From Octopus vulgaris (taxonomy: Eukaryota): DNA of 64,000 bases. A program made the position numbers and the translations under genes. Below, one piece after another: positions 25,641 through 38,980 of this stretch (position 1 is its first letter; every line of letters begins with the position of its first letter). The DNA lies in the NCBI GenBank assembly GCA_951406725.2, contig OX597815.1:71672001-71736000 (forward strand), given 5' to 3'. The notes under the pieces were generated by a model. That model saw nothing but the letters and a program-made list of their open reading frames with translations, had not been told where the DNA came from and made no database searches.

Positions 25641-25812
25641 ATAGAAAAAGGAAAGGTCCAAGGAAGGGAAGACTGAGAAAGAAAATCGCGATACACACAT
25701 GGTGGTGTGAATGTCAGGTGTAGGTGTAAATGGTGGCAACAAAAGGAGAAAAGTGGAAGTAGAAGAAGAAAGGTAAAAAGAAGGTGAGAAAAAGTGGAAG
25801 AATCACCAAACC

Positions 25813-25860
<48 letters not shown>

Positions 25861-26663
25861 TCCTATGTAAATCCCCATGATTTATGTCTGTCTTTGAATT
25901 GTCCTCTTCATTCATACCCTAATGGTGAATAAAAGAAATCACTATTATTGTTGTTATAGTATAGTTACTGTTGGTGAAGCAATAGTTTACTTGTATTTGC
26001 ATTGTTCAGTGAAGACAAGTGTAAAGTGAAGATTGTGTTGTGCTGGAAGTAACAGGTTGGGTGCAGGGGTAAGTTTATTGTGATATTTTATATTAACCAC
26101 CAATCCACCAGCACAAAAAAAATATAAATAAAATTATTGTGGTTGCTTGGGCTGTAGGGTGGCGGTGGTTATGGTGGTGGAGGTGGCAGCAGGGGCAGCA
26201 ACAATGGCAGCTAAAAATAGTTTATATTTTTTATTGCTCTTAAACCTCATTCTCATATAAACCACACTGTAGAACAACAGCTGGTTTGGGGGAATAGAGG
26301 AGATGTTATAAATCTGAAAAATAATTCTAGAAAATGGAACATTCCAACATAAAACAAAACAAAAAATTTTTTAAAAGAACAAAAAAAAAAAACATTTCCC
26401 CTTTCTCTTTAATGGTTACAGCTGGCCAAGTCATTAACAAATCAGCTTAAGGGCCAAAGGTTCACTGATCTCCTAGATTGTTAGCATGGCATAGTAATGT
26501 TCTAATGTATCTTTAACTGGCATACTGAACTTTATATCACCCAATCCACTTAACATATGGAGTCTGCTGTTGTAAGCAGCAGGAGTAGTGTAAAATTGAC
26601 AGAGTGTTCCATTAACTTGCAGTAAGTATCAAGTATCAAGCTGAAATTGTTACATGCACCAGA

Positions 26664-26722
<59 letters not shown>

Positions 26723-27033
26723 CCTCTCTCTCACACACACACACCAACCCCCCCACACTTCACATCATCTTTGCTGCCATGTATTACCTTCCTGACCCAC
26801 ATCTTCCTCCATCTTCCTCTCCAACTGTTATTCATTACTGACCATGCTTCCACCCATGTTCACCTCTCACTGCATTTCTCTCTATCCCAATCTCTCTCCA
26901 TCTACCACTTCTCTTTTATTCACCTTCTTGTAACTTGAGGGTGCACCCTGATGCGTCTCCACTACCATCTCTCTTTTCCACATATCCATTTGTCTCCCCT
27001 ACAGCAAGACACTGTTCCTGTTCCATACTTTAA

Positions 27034-27231
27034 CCCTTTGGTATTCAGATTATTCTGTCAAATGTGATGCATATTTATTCACTTATGCATTATTTCATAG
27101 CTTCAAGATTTTGATGATGTGATTGCTTGTTTTTAGAATGACATTATAGGGTAGGTGTGCGATACCAGATCTGGCTAATTTGAATGTAAAAGAAGTATGG
27201 GCCAGATATGGCCAGTTTAAACACTGAAGGG
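27034..27231. mobile_element. piggyBac-type MITE family B
   Basis: TTAA at 27030-27033 and 27232-27235; CCCTT...AAGGG termini. Confidence 0.9.
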
Positions 27232-27237
27232 TTAACC

Positions 27238-27468
27238 CAGTGGTTCTTAACCAGGGTCCATGTAAGGTTTTGTTTTTAAAATTTATGTGTAATAAATTGG
27301 TTATACATACTTCTACAATGCACAAAATATTCCAGCAATTTTTTTTTATACAATTATCTAATTATAAAAATATAATAGGATCTTTTAAACATCAAATTGT
27401 TATGAGGGTCTATCAGAATAAAACAGGAACCAAGAGGGACCATAGAAAACAATGGTTGAGAACTACTG
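27238..27468. mobile_element. hAT (Charlie-like) MITE
   Basis: TIRs CAGTGGTTCTTAACCA / TGGTTGAGAACTACTG and an 8-bp TSD CTTTAACC (left copy split by the piggyBac MITE). Confidence 0.9.
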
Positions 27469-27596
27469 CTTTAACCTCTCATCACCTGGCATAAAGCCAC
27501 TTCTCTCAATATTACCCATACTCTCAGTTGAGGTGGGGTTCTTGCCTTATGGTGACCTCACCAGTGTTGATACCACATAAAAAGAACCCAGTACAC

Positions 27597-27820
27597 TCTA
27601 TGACTACTGTAATGGCTTCTGTTCCTCAGAACTGATTCACCTCTCACCTACACCTATATATTGACTTTGTACTGTATCCAACCTCCAACCCACTCTTCTT
27701 TCCCCCTTTTGTCACCCATGTTGCATTAAACTCCCTTCCAGCCTCAACTTATTTCAAGTGCTTTCTCCCCCTGGAATCATCATCCCTCTGGAATCTTCTC
27801 CCAGCTCATGCATAGTATGC
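27597..27820 (+). mobile_element. Degenerate LINE 3' end
   Basis: YDYCNGFCSSELIHL resembles the Y.YY.G.CSSEL C-terminal motif I recall from invertebrate CR1/Jockey-group LINEs. Confidence 0.45.
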
Positions 27821-28150
27821 AGGTGTTGGCTTACAACAACTCAAGAGGTACATTATTACCGTTTGATTAAGATGCTCACTCTGCAATTGTGTGTACTCAA
27901 GTTCAGTTCCACTGCATGGCACCTTGGGCAAATATCTGTTACTATTGTTCCAGGTTAGCCAATACCATGTAAGTGAATTTGGTAGACAGAAAATGATTAC
28001 AAGAGAGAGATATTTACTGAAATATTGACCAGTTCCTATACATGACATTTTACAAGAAACTTTTCCAATAGTTAGTAAATCTTTAATTTTATGATGTGGC
28101 TTATTCTCTTACACTACTCCTGCCAGAAGAGTTGCTAAATAACAAATCAT

Positions 28151-28209
<59 letters not shown>

Positions 28210-28759
28210 CAGATTATGCAATAGAAGTAGCTCAGTAATGCAAACATTTTCCACCACATACTTAATGTAAGTGTTAGAAGTTGTAGGATTTATATATATA
28301 TATAAAACCAGAGAATGTATGTTCATGTTCATATAGATGTACATTATTTACAGTTATACATGGTAGAAGAGTTATTTAATAACACACAAAGCTGTTAAAT
28401 TCACTTTGAATGTAAATTTATTTCATGAGGTGACACGTGCAACCTGGTCATTGACACAGCTCCTTTGCAGTGGAAATTTTTAATCTAAAGTGAATTTAGC
28501 AGTTTTGTGTGTGTTTATTAAATAGATCTTCCACAATGCAGTTGTTTCATTTTCAATACATGGTCTCAGACCAAGTCATTTGCTAGATAAGTACCACCCT
28601 GAAATCAATGATTCTGCAATGTTACATAGTTAGTATTGTGTATGTTTAAAGTATATTTTTCTCTTCTCTGTTACAATTGTATTACATGTAGTTTCACTTT
28701 CACTTCTACTTAACTAAAATATCATCTGTCTAACTGTGATGTCTATATTTCCTTTCTTC

Positions 28760-29222
28760 TCAGTCATGTGATTTTACGTTCAGTCACACTGTGGAGTATT
28801 TTGGGCAGGTGTCTTATGCTGTGGCCCAAGGCCAACCAAGGTCTTGTGAGTAGATTTTGTAGGTAGAAATGCATGTGCACATATGTGTATGTGTGTTTCT
28901 TTGTGTGTGTGTGTATGTGTTAGGGAGAGAGAGAAAGAGAGAGAGTAAGAACTTGTGTCTCTTTGTTTTGACATTATATGATAGTTGTAAACAAGTGTCA
29001 CTGTCATGCAAGCAGTGTCTTTCATTCCTAATCTTCTGTGAAAGCTTGTCCAGTCATGGAGAAATATTCCACCGAGGTGGACTTTACCTTTCATCCTTCC
29101 GGGGTCGATTAAATAAGTACCAGTTATGCACTGTGGTCAATGTAATCGACTTAGTCCCTTTGTCTGTCCTTGTTTGCCCTCTCTATGTTTAGCCCCTTGT
29201 GGGCAATAAAGAATTAAATAAA
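28760..29222 (+). mobile_element. Composite SINE: head C, partial GAT-type tail, then the 3' half of family M
   Basis: Switch at ~29068 from ..ggagaaatatt to ccaccgaggtggactttacctttcatccttccggggtcga. Confidence 0.75.
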
Positions 29223-30316
29223 TGTAAGAAAAGCGAAGTCTGAAGGAAATATTAGCTATTTTTCATACTTTCTAGGGAAATAACAGTTGCTACCCAAGGA
29301 CAAAAATTGTCTCATACAGTGTAATTAATCTTTAAAATGTTCTGTATGTATGTCAGTTTTTTCTTAATGATAGCCAACACTTGCTGATACCGTGATTCTG
29401 TACATTTGTATTCATTATCTTTCCCACACTAAAGCACCCAACATGAGAATTACAATTCTAAGTGCTTCTTTACTGTAAAATATTATTTGTGCTGTTCTTT
29501 TGAAGAAGGCAATTAAAAACTATTGTACACTTGTGTATGTCTATTAAGTGTCTTTAACAATTTAGAGGCCTTACTCTATGCCCATAATTCACAATATTTT
29601 GAAGTTACTAAATGATGGCATGATTAGTTTTTCCATATCAAATAGCCTGGCTTCAAGATGGGCTTGAACCTAGTTTGTTTGCTTTGTTTGATTACCAAAC
29701 CGATCCAACACCAATGACAACAACAACGTTATATAATTAAATCATTACCTCTGGGAAGCAGATGGGGTTAATTATTTCAGACCATTATTTGTTTCAGTCA
29801 TTAGACTGCAGCTAAGCTGAGGGTTTAGTTGAATAAATTAGTCCCAGTATTTGCATTTATTTTAAGTCTGGTACTTGTTCTGTTGGTCCCTTTTCCTTAC
29901 CAGTTGTCAAGTGGTTGTTCAGAACAAAACAGACACAGATACACACACACACAAATACTAACATACATAACATACATGTCTGTGTGTATGTACATATGTG
30001 ATGTTGTGATGTTGCAAAATTTGATTTGTGCATATTAATTTCCATTACGTCCTTTATATTGTATTAAAATTTCATGCATTTATTTGTAAAGTCAAGGAAG
30101 TTATTAGAAATTGAAACCCATCAGTGACTTTTGGGACACCCTGTACTTGAAAAAATGAATAGAAATGGCTCTTCTCATAATTCTTCCACTTTATTAATAA
30201 GATGTTTATAAATTATTAGGTGTTTATGGAGCATATTTGTAAACACCTTATAATTCATAAATATCTAATTATTAAAGTGGAAAAATTATCAGAAAAGCCA
30301 TTTCTATTCATTTTTC

Positions 30317-30348
<32 letters not shown>

Positions 30349-31754
30349 TGTATAGGTAGTTTGGATAGATCCCACCTGTTTCCTCTTGAAGCACATCTGC
30401 TTATTCCATTATTACAATCAATATGTATCCATCATTACTGTTGAATGTAAATCAAAATAAACATTTAAATTGAGGATTGTTAAAATATTATTTGCAGAGT
30501 CATTGTAAACAAAACAGGAAAATTGAAATTTTTTTATTATAGAATCTTTTTATTCTAAAAAAATTTTCACAATCTCATGATATTTTTTTATAGTAAATTC
30601 CTAACATGTCTATATAACATGTAAATCTTAGTGATTCCTATTACAAATTGAAACACATGTAAAGGAAAATTAATAATAGCAAAAAAAAATTCCCTTTCCT
30701 GTTTTGTTTGTTATATATATATATCTGTAAATAATAATAATATTTGATAAGCTTAAAGCTTATAAGTGATCACCATACATTGACTAAGGTAAATAGTCTA
30801 ATATAAAAATATTAGACTACCAAATAATTGGTGGGGGGCATTGGAGGAGGGGATCTTGTGTCAGACAATGGAAGGTCAGAGTATGACAGAGAAACAGAGA
30901 AGCAAAAATAGGTGTCTTGCTATAGAAGAAGTACATGGTTATCTAGCCAGAGAGAGAGGATTGCAAGAAAGAAGACAGAAACAGGTGTGCTGATGTAAAG
31001 GAGATGCTTGGTTACCTAGCCAGAGGGAAGAGCAAGGGAAAGAAAGAGAGAGTGGGGAACAGCAAGAGTGCCAAAGAGAGCAGGAGAGAAGTGGTGGTGA
31101 AGTGCCAGGGTATACTCAAGTAACAAGGATCTGACAGTAGATGGGATGGTAGAGTAAGGAAGAGAGAAATAAATGGTGGCAATTGCCCACAAGATACGAA
31201 GGTCATATATATATATAATAATCATGTGACCAACCAGATGCTGTTACACATCGCTGGTCACAATGCATTTTTGTATCATTTTTGCCTTCAAATGACACCA
31301 CGCCAGTGGTTAGACAAGCAGGGCCAACATTCCCCACTGATTGAAAAGAGAACTGGAGCAACATGAAAATGATGCTCAAGAACACAGCACGCCACTTGGT
31401 CAGTGAATCAAATCCACATTCTAGCAATCGTGAGTACAACAGCTTAACTGCGAGGCCATGTGCCTTCACATATATATGTGTGTGTGTATATATATATATA
31501 TATATAATGTAGTGAAGGTGCACAGCTTAGTAGTTAGGATATTCAGTTCACAATCACAAGGTTGTGAGTTCATTTCCTGGCAACACGTATCCTTGAGCAA
31601 GAATTGTGGGTTCAGATTCGGTCTGGAATGTTCTTAATTTACTCATGGATTCAGCCTGATTCCAAAATGGTATATGTTGGACTACAACTTCTAGGAGTAA
31701 AATTGAAAAAGTGTGACACTGACATTCACATTTATTTAATTATTATATCATATT

Positions 31755-31950
31755 AAGGCGGTGAGCTGGCAGAATCATTAGTATACTGGGCGGAATGCTT
31801 AGCGGTATTTCATCTGCTGTTAGGTTTTGAGTTCAAATTCTGCCGAGGTTAACTTTGCCTTTCATCCTTTCAGGGTCGATAAAATTAGTACAAGTTACAT
31901 ACTGGGTTACATACTGGTAATCCCTTCCTCCAAAATTTGAGACCTTGTGC
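31755..31950 (+). mobile_element. SINE family M
   Basis: aaggcggtgagctggcagaatc..gttcaaattc..gcctttcatcctttcagggtcgataa. Confidence 0.9.
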
Positions 31951-32020
31951 GTGCTTCCTATATCAGATATGTTTAATTTTGGGGATACTTTATTTCAGTT
32001 AAAGTGCATTATATATATGT

Positions 32021-32052
<32 letters not shown>

Positions 32053-34054
32053 GTATGCATGTATTAAAGAAAGCAAAAAATAAAACAAAAATGGTATAAG
32101 CAAAAGGTTAAATGTGTATAAAAGTGTTCAGTGTGTTGGCCACAAGAATTACTGTCAAGGAGACATGGTTAAACAAAGTTGTACATCATCTTCATCTTTC
32201 TCTCACATATCCACTCTTTCTCTCTTATTATTACTCCCACTGCCACCATCAACTCTCCCTAAATTTCTTTGTCTCTCTTTCTCTTCCTCTCCTTTTCTTT
32301 CTTTCTCTCTGTCCTTGCCACTACCCTCACCATCTCTCTGCCTCTTACCCAGCATGAGGAATAGGAGAAGTGTCATTGAATAGCAAGAGAGGAGGTCAAA
32401 GTGTGACACACTGACACACAGAAATTAGTTTTCACATTTATTATATTAGATGTATGTATATATTATGTTATATAACATATATATGTTTAAATTGTTACAT
32501 CATAATGATGAAATTGTCCATATAAATTCAACCACAATTATAATAGTTTCTGAAGAACACAAATGTTGCAAAGTCCTTTTGATACCAACCCCATATGAGA
32601 CCACCATTTGTTGTATGATATAAAACTTCTTGTTTTAAAGTGATCTAAATTAAAACCTTCCATGTTAATTTATTTTCCACAATTAAATTAATAATGAGAA
32701 AGTCATTTTAGTAAATTCTTCATTATTTTCGAAATTAATTGAAACAAAGCCAATGTATTTCATCAGAAATATCATAACAAAAGGGTTAAATTAAACAAGC
32801 TCTTATGCAAAAGAAATGAAACATACACCATCTTGTGAATTCAGTACATTAAATTAGAAAATAAAACTAATTGCTAAACAAGCTAATGGGTTTTACAGTT
32901 AAATATATAAAATATATTAAACGTAAATGCTTCTTAAATTCATATTCACCAACATTTTAATAACTGAATACCAGAAATATTGACTAACTAATTAGACTAA
33001 CTTATGTTTGGAATCCCATTGGAATCAACCATATATACTTCTACAATGACCTATATTTCACTCAAATAGAAAACAAGCATGCAAAATTTTTAAACTAAAA
33101 AAATAAAAATCCTCAAATTTATTTTTCTAATTCAGTTAATTGATAATAATGATGATGATGATGACGATGACAGCAACAACGATGATGTAATTGGTCAGTG
33201 TAAAAACTTTTGAATGGTTGTCACTGAGAGAGAAGCAGGCTGACAGAGGACTGCAATGTGAGGTCATAAAAGATAGCAAAGTTGAGTGTTTATGGGGCGT
33301 GAGATAGATCTAGAACTTGTGTTGCTCCTTAGATGTGTAAAGTATGGCCTGATTCTTCATTACAAAAATGTTTTGTTGGAATATTTTGTCAGGAATTAAT
33401 TCACTGAAGCAAATCTTTGAGATTCTTTCTCTAACCTTGACATACATAAATTGTAAAAAACCAATGTAATTATTTTATTTAACCATACTTTATATATATA
33501 TATGATTTTGATTTGATTTTGATTTTTCTAGTTTCAGCTAATGAGCTGTGGCCATGCTGGGGCACCGCATATATATTTTCTTATATTTTTTACTTGTTTC
33601 AGTCATTAGACTGTGGCCATGCACTGCCTTAAAGGTTTTAGTTGAAGAAATCAATTCCAGAACTTATTCTTTGTAAACCTAGTACTTATTCTATCAGCCT
33701 TTTTTGTTGAACCACTAAGTTACAAGGACGTAAGCACAACAGCATTGGTTGTCAAACGATGGCAGGAGTCAAACACAGGACGCACACACATATAAACATA
33801 TACATACATATATATATATATATATTTAATGTAGAATAAAATTTTTTCGAAAAAAAATTTAATCAATGGCCAGCATATTAAAAAATACCTTTTAAAGGTT
33901 AAAATTATAAACTACTTATAAATAAGGGCAAACGAAAAAATTTCTAATGCCAAATATGCCGAAAAATTGGACATATTGTTCATTACCTTATAATTTTTCA
34001 CAGAACGCATGCTACTCGAAAAAAACCGACAGAAACTTCTAAAAAAATTCCATT

Positions 34055-34116
34055 ATTACCATATCGGACCGATTTCAGGGTTGGTTCGTAAGAACCCTCC
34101 CTTTGTCAGTGATAAA
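34055..34116 (-). ncRNA. Hammerhead ribozyme copy with a core mutation (CTGACAA)
   Basis: Minus strand TTATCA-CTGACAA-AGGG..GGTTC-ttac-GAACC..CCCT-GAAA-TCGG-t-CCGA-TA-TGGTAA. Confidence 0.7.
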
Positions 34117-34216
34117 TGTGGTAAAGAAATAAATGAGATACTTACTCATACCCATGGAAGAAGCAAAACACTAAGTCATGAGCACAATTAAATACCCCAA
34201 TTTATTTCTTTACCAC

Positions 34217-34278
34217 ATTATCACTGACGAAGGGAGGGTTCTTACGAACTAATCCTGAAATCGATCCGATATGGTAAT
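34217..34278 (+). ncRNA. Type-I hammerhead ribozyme with intact core
   Basis: ATTATCA [CTGACGA] AGG-gagg-GTTC-ttac-GAAC-taat-CCT [GAAA] TCG-atc-CGA [TA] TGGTAAT. All three stems pair; predicted cleavage is after A34271. Confidence 0.8.
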
Positions 34279-34459
34279 AATGGAATTTTTAGAAATTTCT
34301 GTCGGTTTTTTTTTCGAGTAGTGTGCGTTCTGTGAAAAATTATATGGTAATGGACAATATGTCCAATTTTTTGCATATTTGGCATTAGAAGTTTTTTTGT
34401 TTGCCCTTATTTATAAGTAGTATATATATATATATATATCAGAATGGAAATCGATCAAT

Positions 34460-34815
34460 GGAAATTGCAGATGTGTTACCAGTGCCGGTGGCATGTAAGA
34501 GAACCTTCCGTTTCGCGACCGTTGCCAGCACCTCCCCGTTTCGTGTCCGTTGCCAGCCTCGCCTGGCCCTTGTGCCGGTGGCACATAAAAAGCACCATCC
34601 GTTCGTGGCCGTTTGCCAGCTCTGTCTGGCACCTGTGCGGGTGGCACGTAAAAAGCACCCACTACACTCACGGAGTGGTTGGCATTAGGAAGGGCATCCA
34701 GCCGTAGAAACACTGCCAGATTTGACTGGGCCTGATGAAGCCTTCTGACTTCACAGACCCCAGTAGAACCGTCCAACCCATGCTAGCATGGAAAATGGAT
34801 GCTAAACGATGATGA

Positions 34816-34818
<3 letters not shown>
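34460..34818 (+). mobile_element. CpG-retaining retroposon 3' region with three internal subrepeats and a (GAT)n tail
   Basis: gtgccggtggca..taa.ag.acc occurs three times. Degenerate relatives at ~14375, 15565, 17855, 19135, 41870, 49670, 58800, 59830 and 60510. Confidence 0.8.
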
Positions 34819-34853
<35 letters not shown>

Positions 34854-35468
34854 CAGGCTTCTTTCAGTTTCTGTCTATCAGATCCACTCACAAGGCTTTG
34901 GTTGGCCTAAGGCTATAGTAGGAGACACTTGCCCAAGGTGCCACATAGTGGAACTGGACCCAGAACCATGTGGTTGGGTAGCAAGCTTCTTACCACACAG
35001 CCACACCTACCTATGTATATATATATATATATATATACCGGAGTAAACACATAAATGTGAAACAAGGTGGAAAAAAAGAGTACTCAAATACCAGTGGTAG
35101 AGTAATATGCTTTATTTAAAGCAGCAGAAAATTCTACAAAACCTGTTACTCTGAGTTTCGCGTTGCCGTCGTACATGCATACATATGTAGATAGATAGAT
35201 AGATAGACAGGCAGACACATGTGTTTGTATTTCATCTTGCCATGGCACCATGAGATGGCTGTAAATGAGTGTTACTATCACACTAGCAGTATCATTTATT
35301 TTCAGCTTTCCATGAAAATCTGCCTCAACAGATTCTGTCCTACCCATGAAGCATAGAAAAGTGGATGTTAAAACAATGACAAACAACTTCCTTGATACAG
35401 CATGCAGTGTAACTTATCATCATCATTTAATGTCTGTGTTCCATGCTGACAAGAGTTGAGCAGTTTAA

Positions 35469-35676
35469 CCCTTTTGATTTCAACCTAGCTGAAACTGCCT
35501 CCAATGTCTTGTTTTCAAAAGTTCTGAATTAAAATCTTCCACCAAACCTTAGTCATAATTTATGTTCTTAACACTTGCTTAATGATAACTAAGTTATTTT
35601 ACTAAATTCTTTGTTATATTTAAAATGAATTGAAAGAAACACAGAGCATTCCAACAGAAATAGGGTAACAAAAAGG
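35469..35676. mobile_element. piggyBac-type MITE family A nested in a GAT-tailed retroposon
   Basis: TTAA at 35465-35468 and 35677-35680; the host sequence continues on both sides. Confidence 0.85.
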
Positions 35677-35926
35677 TTAACAAGGTCTGATGGGTCTAAT
35701 GACTGCATAGTGTACCAGTGTCTACTATAGTATGGTTTCTAACCACTAACCACTTTACGGATGGGTGCCCTTTCTAACTCTGACCACTGGCACGAGTGAG
35801 GTTGTTTAGCTGCTTGCAAGATTATTATATGTATGTAAACCTAAGTCTTATCTTCAGTTTTTCCTGACAGTTAATTTAAGATTGTGTTATCCAATGTAAC
35901 CTTCCTTTCTTTAGACTGTTGTTTAA

Positions 35927-36146
35927 CTCTTTAGTATTCAGATTACTCTGTCAAATCTAATGCTTATTTTTTTACATTGTCTTGAATTGATCATACATTA
36001 TCCCATAGCTTTGAGATTTCAATGATGTAATTGTTTAGTTTTACTATGACATCATAGGGTAGGTGTGAAATGTTGGATCTGGCCAGTTTGAACATAAAAG
36101 GGGCAGAATATTTTGACTGGATATGGCTGGTTTGAATGCTGAAGGG
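35927..36146. mobile_element. piggyBac-type MITE family B
   Basis: TTAA-flanked; body matches 10573-10778. Confidence 0.88.
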
Positions 36147-37072
36147 TTAAGGGAAATTTGACTATTGTTTCTTGAGACTAAATAAAGGTTTCTTCATCAG
36201 TTCATGGCAGTCTTGAAGAATCCCATGATAGATCTGTAAATAATTTTGTTGGAGAGTGATAAAGCTTTCACAACATAACTAAATACAATTACATGCTCAT
36301 AATGGAGTTACGTATAATCTCCATGACATAGCTGATTCTTTTAAGTGTTGTTATTCTATTGCTATGCGTTATGCATGGGCAATGATAATAAAAATGTCAA
36401 CAGTAGAGATTCAAAATCACTTTCCTCCAGAATAAATTACAAAACAATCAGTGTGTGTGTGTGTCACACTCTTTCCCTCTCTCTTCTCTCCCTCCCGACA
36501 CACTTTTTCTCTTGTTCACATACTCTCACACCTGTCTTTTTCTCTCTCTTTCTCTTTCTTTCTCTCTGTCTCCATAGATTATCTGTACTCCACCTTTATC
36601 TCAATAAACTTTCTTTCATCATTCATTTACAACTGTCTTTGACTCCCACTTACAAATCTACCAATTCCCACCCTGTTTAGTAAATATGTATCATCAGTTC
36701 ATTTCATCGGACTTTCTCTGCTTTCCAGCCTCCTGGAAGGCAGAAAGAGAGCTTGATGAAGCTCACTGGTTCTATTGCAAGAAGACTGAACTTACATATA
36801 CAGCTGTTGTCAATGGAGCTCCCTATTAGTCAATTTTAAACCATTATTTGATAACTGTTTCATAACTTGCACTGAAACTTTATTGGAATTTCTAATAAAA
36901 GCGAGTGAGACTTCTCTTATCTGTTACACCAGAGTTGTTCTCCATTCAGCAGTTATTCAACAATATCCAACAGTTGCTACAAACCTAGCAGCCATCCATC
37001 TACAAGTCATACAGTGTGATCCAGTCTTAACTGTACAAACAGTCTTTACTACACACCTTCCAATGACAATAT

Positions 37073-37867
37073 TCTTTTCTACTCTAGACACAAGGCCCGA
37101 AATTTTTGGGAAGGGTGCCCAGTCGATTAGATTGACCCCAACACGCAACTGGTACTTAATTTATCAACCCCAAAAGGATGAAAGGCAAAGTCAACCTCGG
37201 TGGAATTTGAACTCAGAATATAAAGACAGACGAAATACTGCTAAGCATTTCACCCGGCATGCTAACGTTTCTGCCAGCTCACCACCTTCAATGACAATTA
37301 ATATTCTTCAAGATGCTTAGCACTGCTGCAGTTGAACAATGTAATGTCCCTTTTCTCTTACTGAGTGAAATCAGGATTGACTTTATTTTACATTCATGCA
37401 GACAGAAGTTAGGCAATAAAATATGTACAATCCATCTTCTCCTCTTCCTCCTCCTCCTCATCATAGTCAATACTATTCAAGCAATGCTATGCAATATTTG
37501 TCCCAGCTCTTTACATTCTATATTCAAAACCAGCCAAGTACTGAGATTGACAGTATCAGTTTTCTTTCTCCTCTCTCTAAATCTGAAACAAGTGAGCTCA
37601 CAGAATTATTAGCACATCAGACAAAATGCTTAGCAACATTGCTTCTGGCTTTATATGTTCCAAGTTCAAATTTAGCCAAAGTTAACTTTGCCTTTCATCT
37701 TTTGAGGTCAGTAAAGTACGAGTCTGGAGTTGATGTAATCAATGTGTCACCTTACTCAAAACTGTTGGCTTTGTGCCAAGATTATAAAGAATTATTATTA
37801 TTGGGGGTCGATGTAATCAACTTACTCACTCTGCGAAATTGCTGGCCTTGTGCCAAAATTTGAAACC

Positions 37868-37901
<34 letters not shown>

Positions 37902-38100
37902 GCAAGCTGGCAGAATTGTTAGTGCATCAGACAAAATGCTTAGCAGTTGGCTCTTTATGTTCTGAGTTCAAATTTAGCTAAGGTCAACTTTGTCTTTCAT
38001 CCTTTCAGGATCAATATGTTCCTGTTGAGCACTGGGGTTGATGTAATCAAGTTGCCCCTCCTCTAAAATTGCTGGCCTTGTGCCAAGATTTGAAACCATT
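37073..38100. mobile_element. Cluster of SINE family M copies (37073-37288 minus; ~37590-37870 and 37900-38100 plus)
   Basis: Shared body with (ATT)n spacers. Confidence 0.85.
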
Positions 38101-38828
38101 ATTATTATTAGATAATTAGATTTCTGCACTACTTGCCAAAACCTATTATTCTGGTGATAGTGATGATAGCAGTGACAGGAGTGAGTACTGTAGTGATGGC
38201 GGTGGTGATGGCAATGGTGGTGGCAGTGGTGGTAAGAGAAGTAGTAGTGAGTGTTGTTGGGTGGGTGGGAGAGGGTTGCAGTGGGATAAATGCCAAGAAA
38301 TACAATATGAAAATGTGAAGAATGTGTACCAGAAAGAATCCAGTGGATGGAATTCTTTGAGAAAACCACTGCAGTGTCAGCAGCACCAGTGAAAGAAAAG
38401 GGTTGGTGGGGGTGTTAGTGGGATGGATGGTTGAAATGTGGTGGTGGTGGTGGTGGTGGTGGTGGTGGCGGCGGTGGTGATAGAATGGGCAATTGGTTGT
38501 GAGTAGATCTGGAGAGGTTCAGACAACCAGGCAAGTAGACAGACAAGGGTAAATACAATGAAATATTGATTCAAATCTGCCATGTTTAATTTTGCTATCA
38601 GTTCAGTATTTCTATTAAGTTTGGGCAACAGGGACACCATTTTTCCTTCTGTGGGTTGGTAAATGGATGATATTCTAGGTGGGTGTTTTTCATGTCTGTT
38701 ATTGTTTCTTGTGAAATTTCCCCTTTTCAACTTGACCTAAACACCTCTCACTTCCATCCTTCATTATCTAACTCTCCTTTTGGTATCATATGTTGTTTCT
38801 GTTTCTCTCTCTCTCTCTTTCTCTCTCC

Positions 38829-38880
<52 letters not shown>

Positions 38881-38944
38881 CTCCCCACTTTCTCTCACTT
38901 TCCACTTCATTATCCTTCTTTTAGCCTTTTAGCTTACATACTCA

Positions 38945-38980
<36 letters not shown>

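Larger units (their letters stand above)
33826..34421. mobile_element. Penelope-like terminal-repeat element as a divergent inverted pair (arms 33911-34134 and 34200-34421)
   Basis: ~220-bp arms are near reverse complements with a ~65-bp spacer. Each arm carries a hammerhead motif, and (TA)n tracts flank both sides. Confidence 0.75.

Noticed and set aside
34482-34660. Three spaced ~25-bp repeats superficially like a CRISPR array
   Set aside because: Eukaryotic context, mutually similar spacers, no cas genes; these are internal subrepeats of a retroposon.
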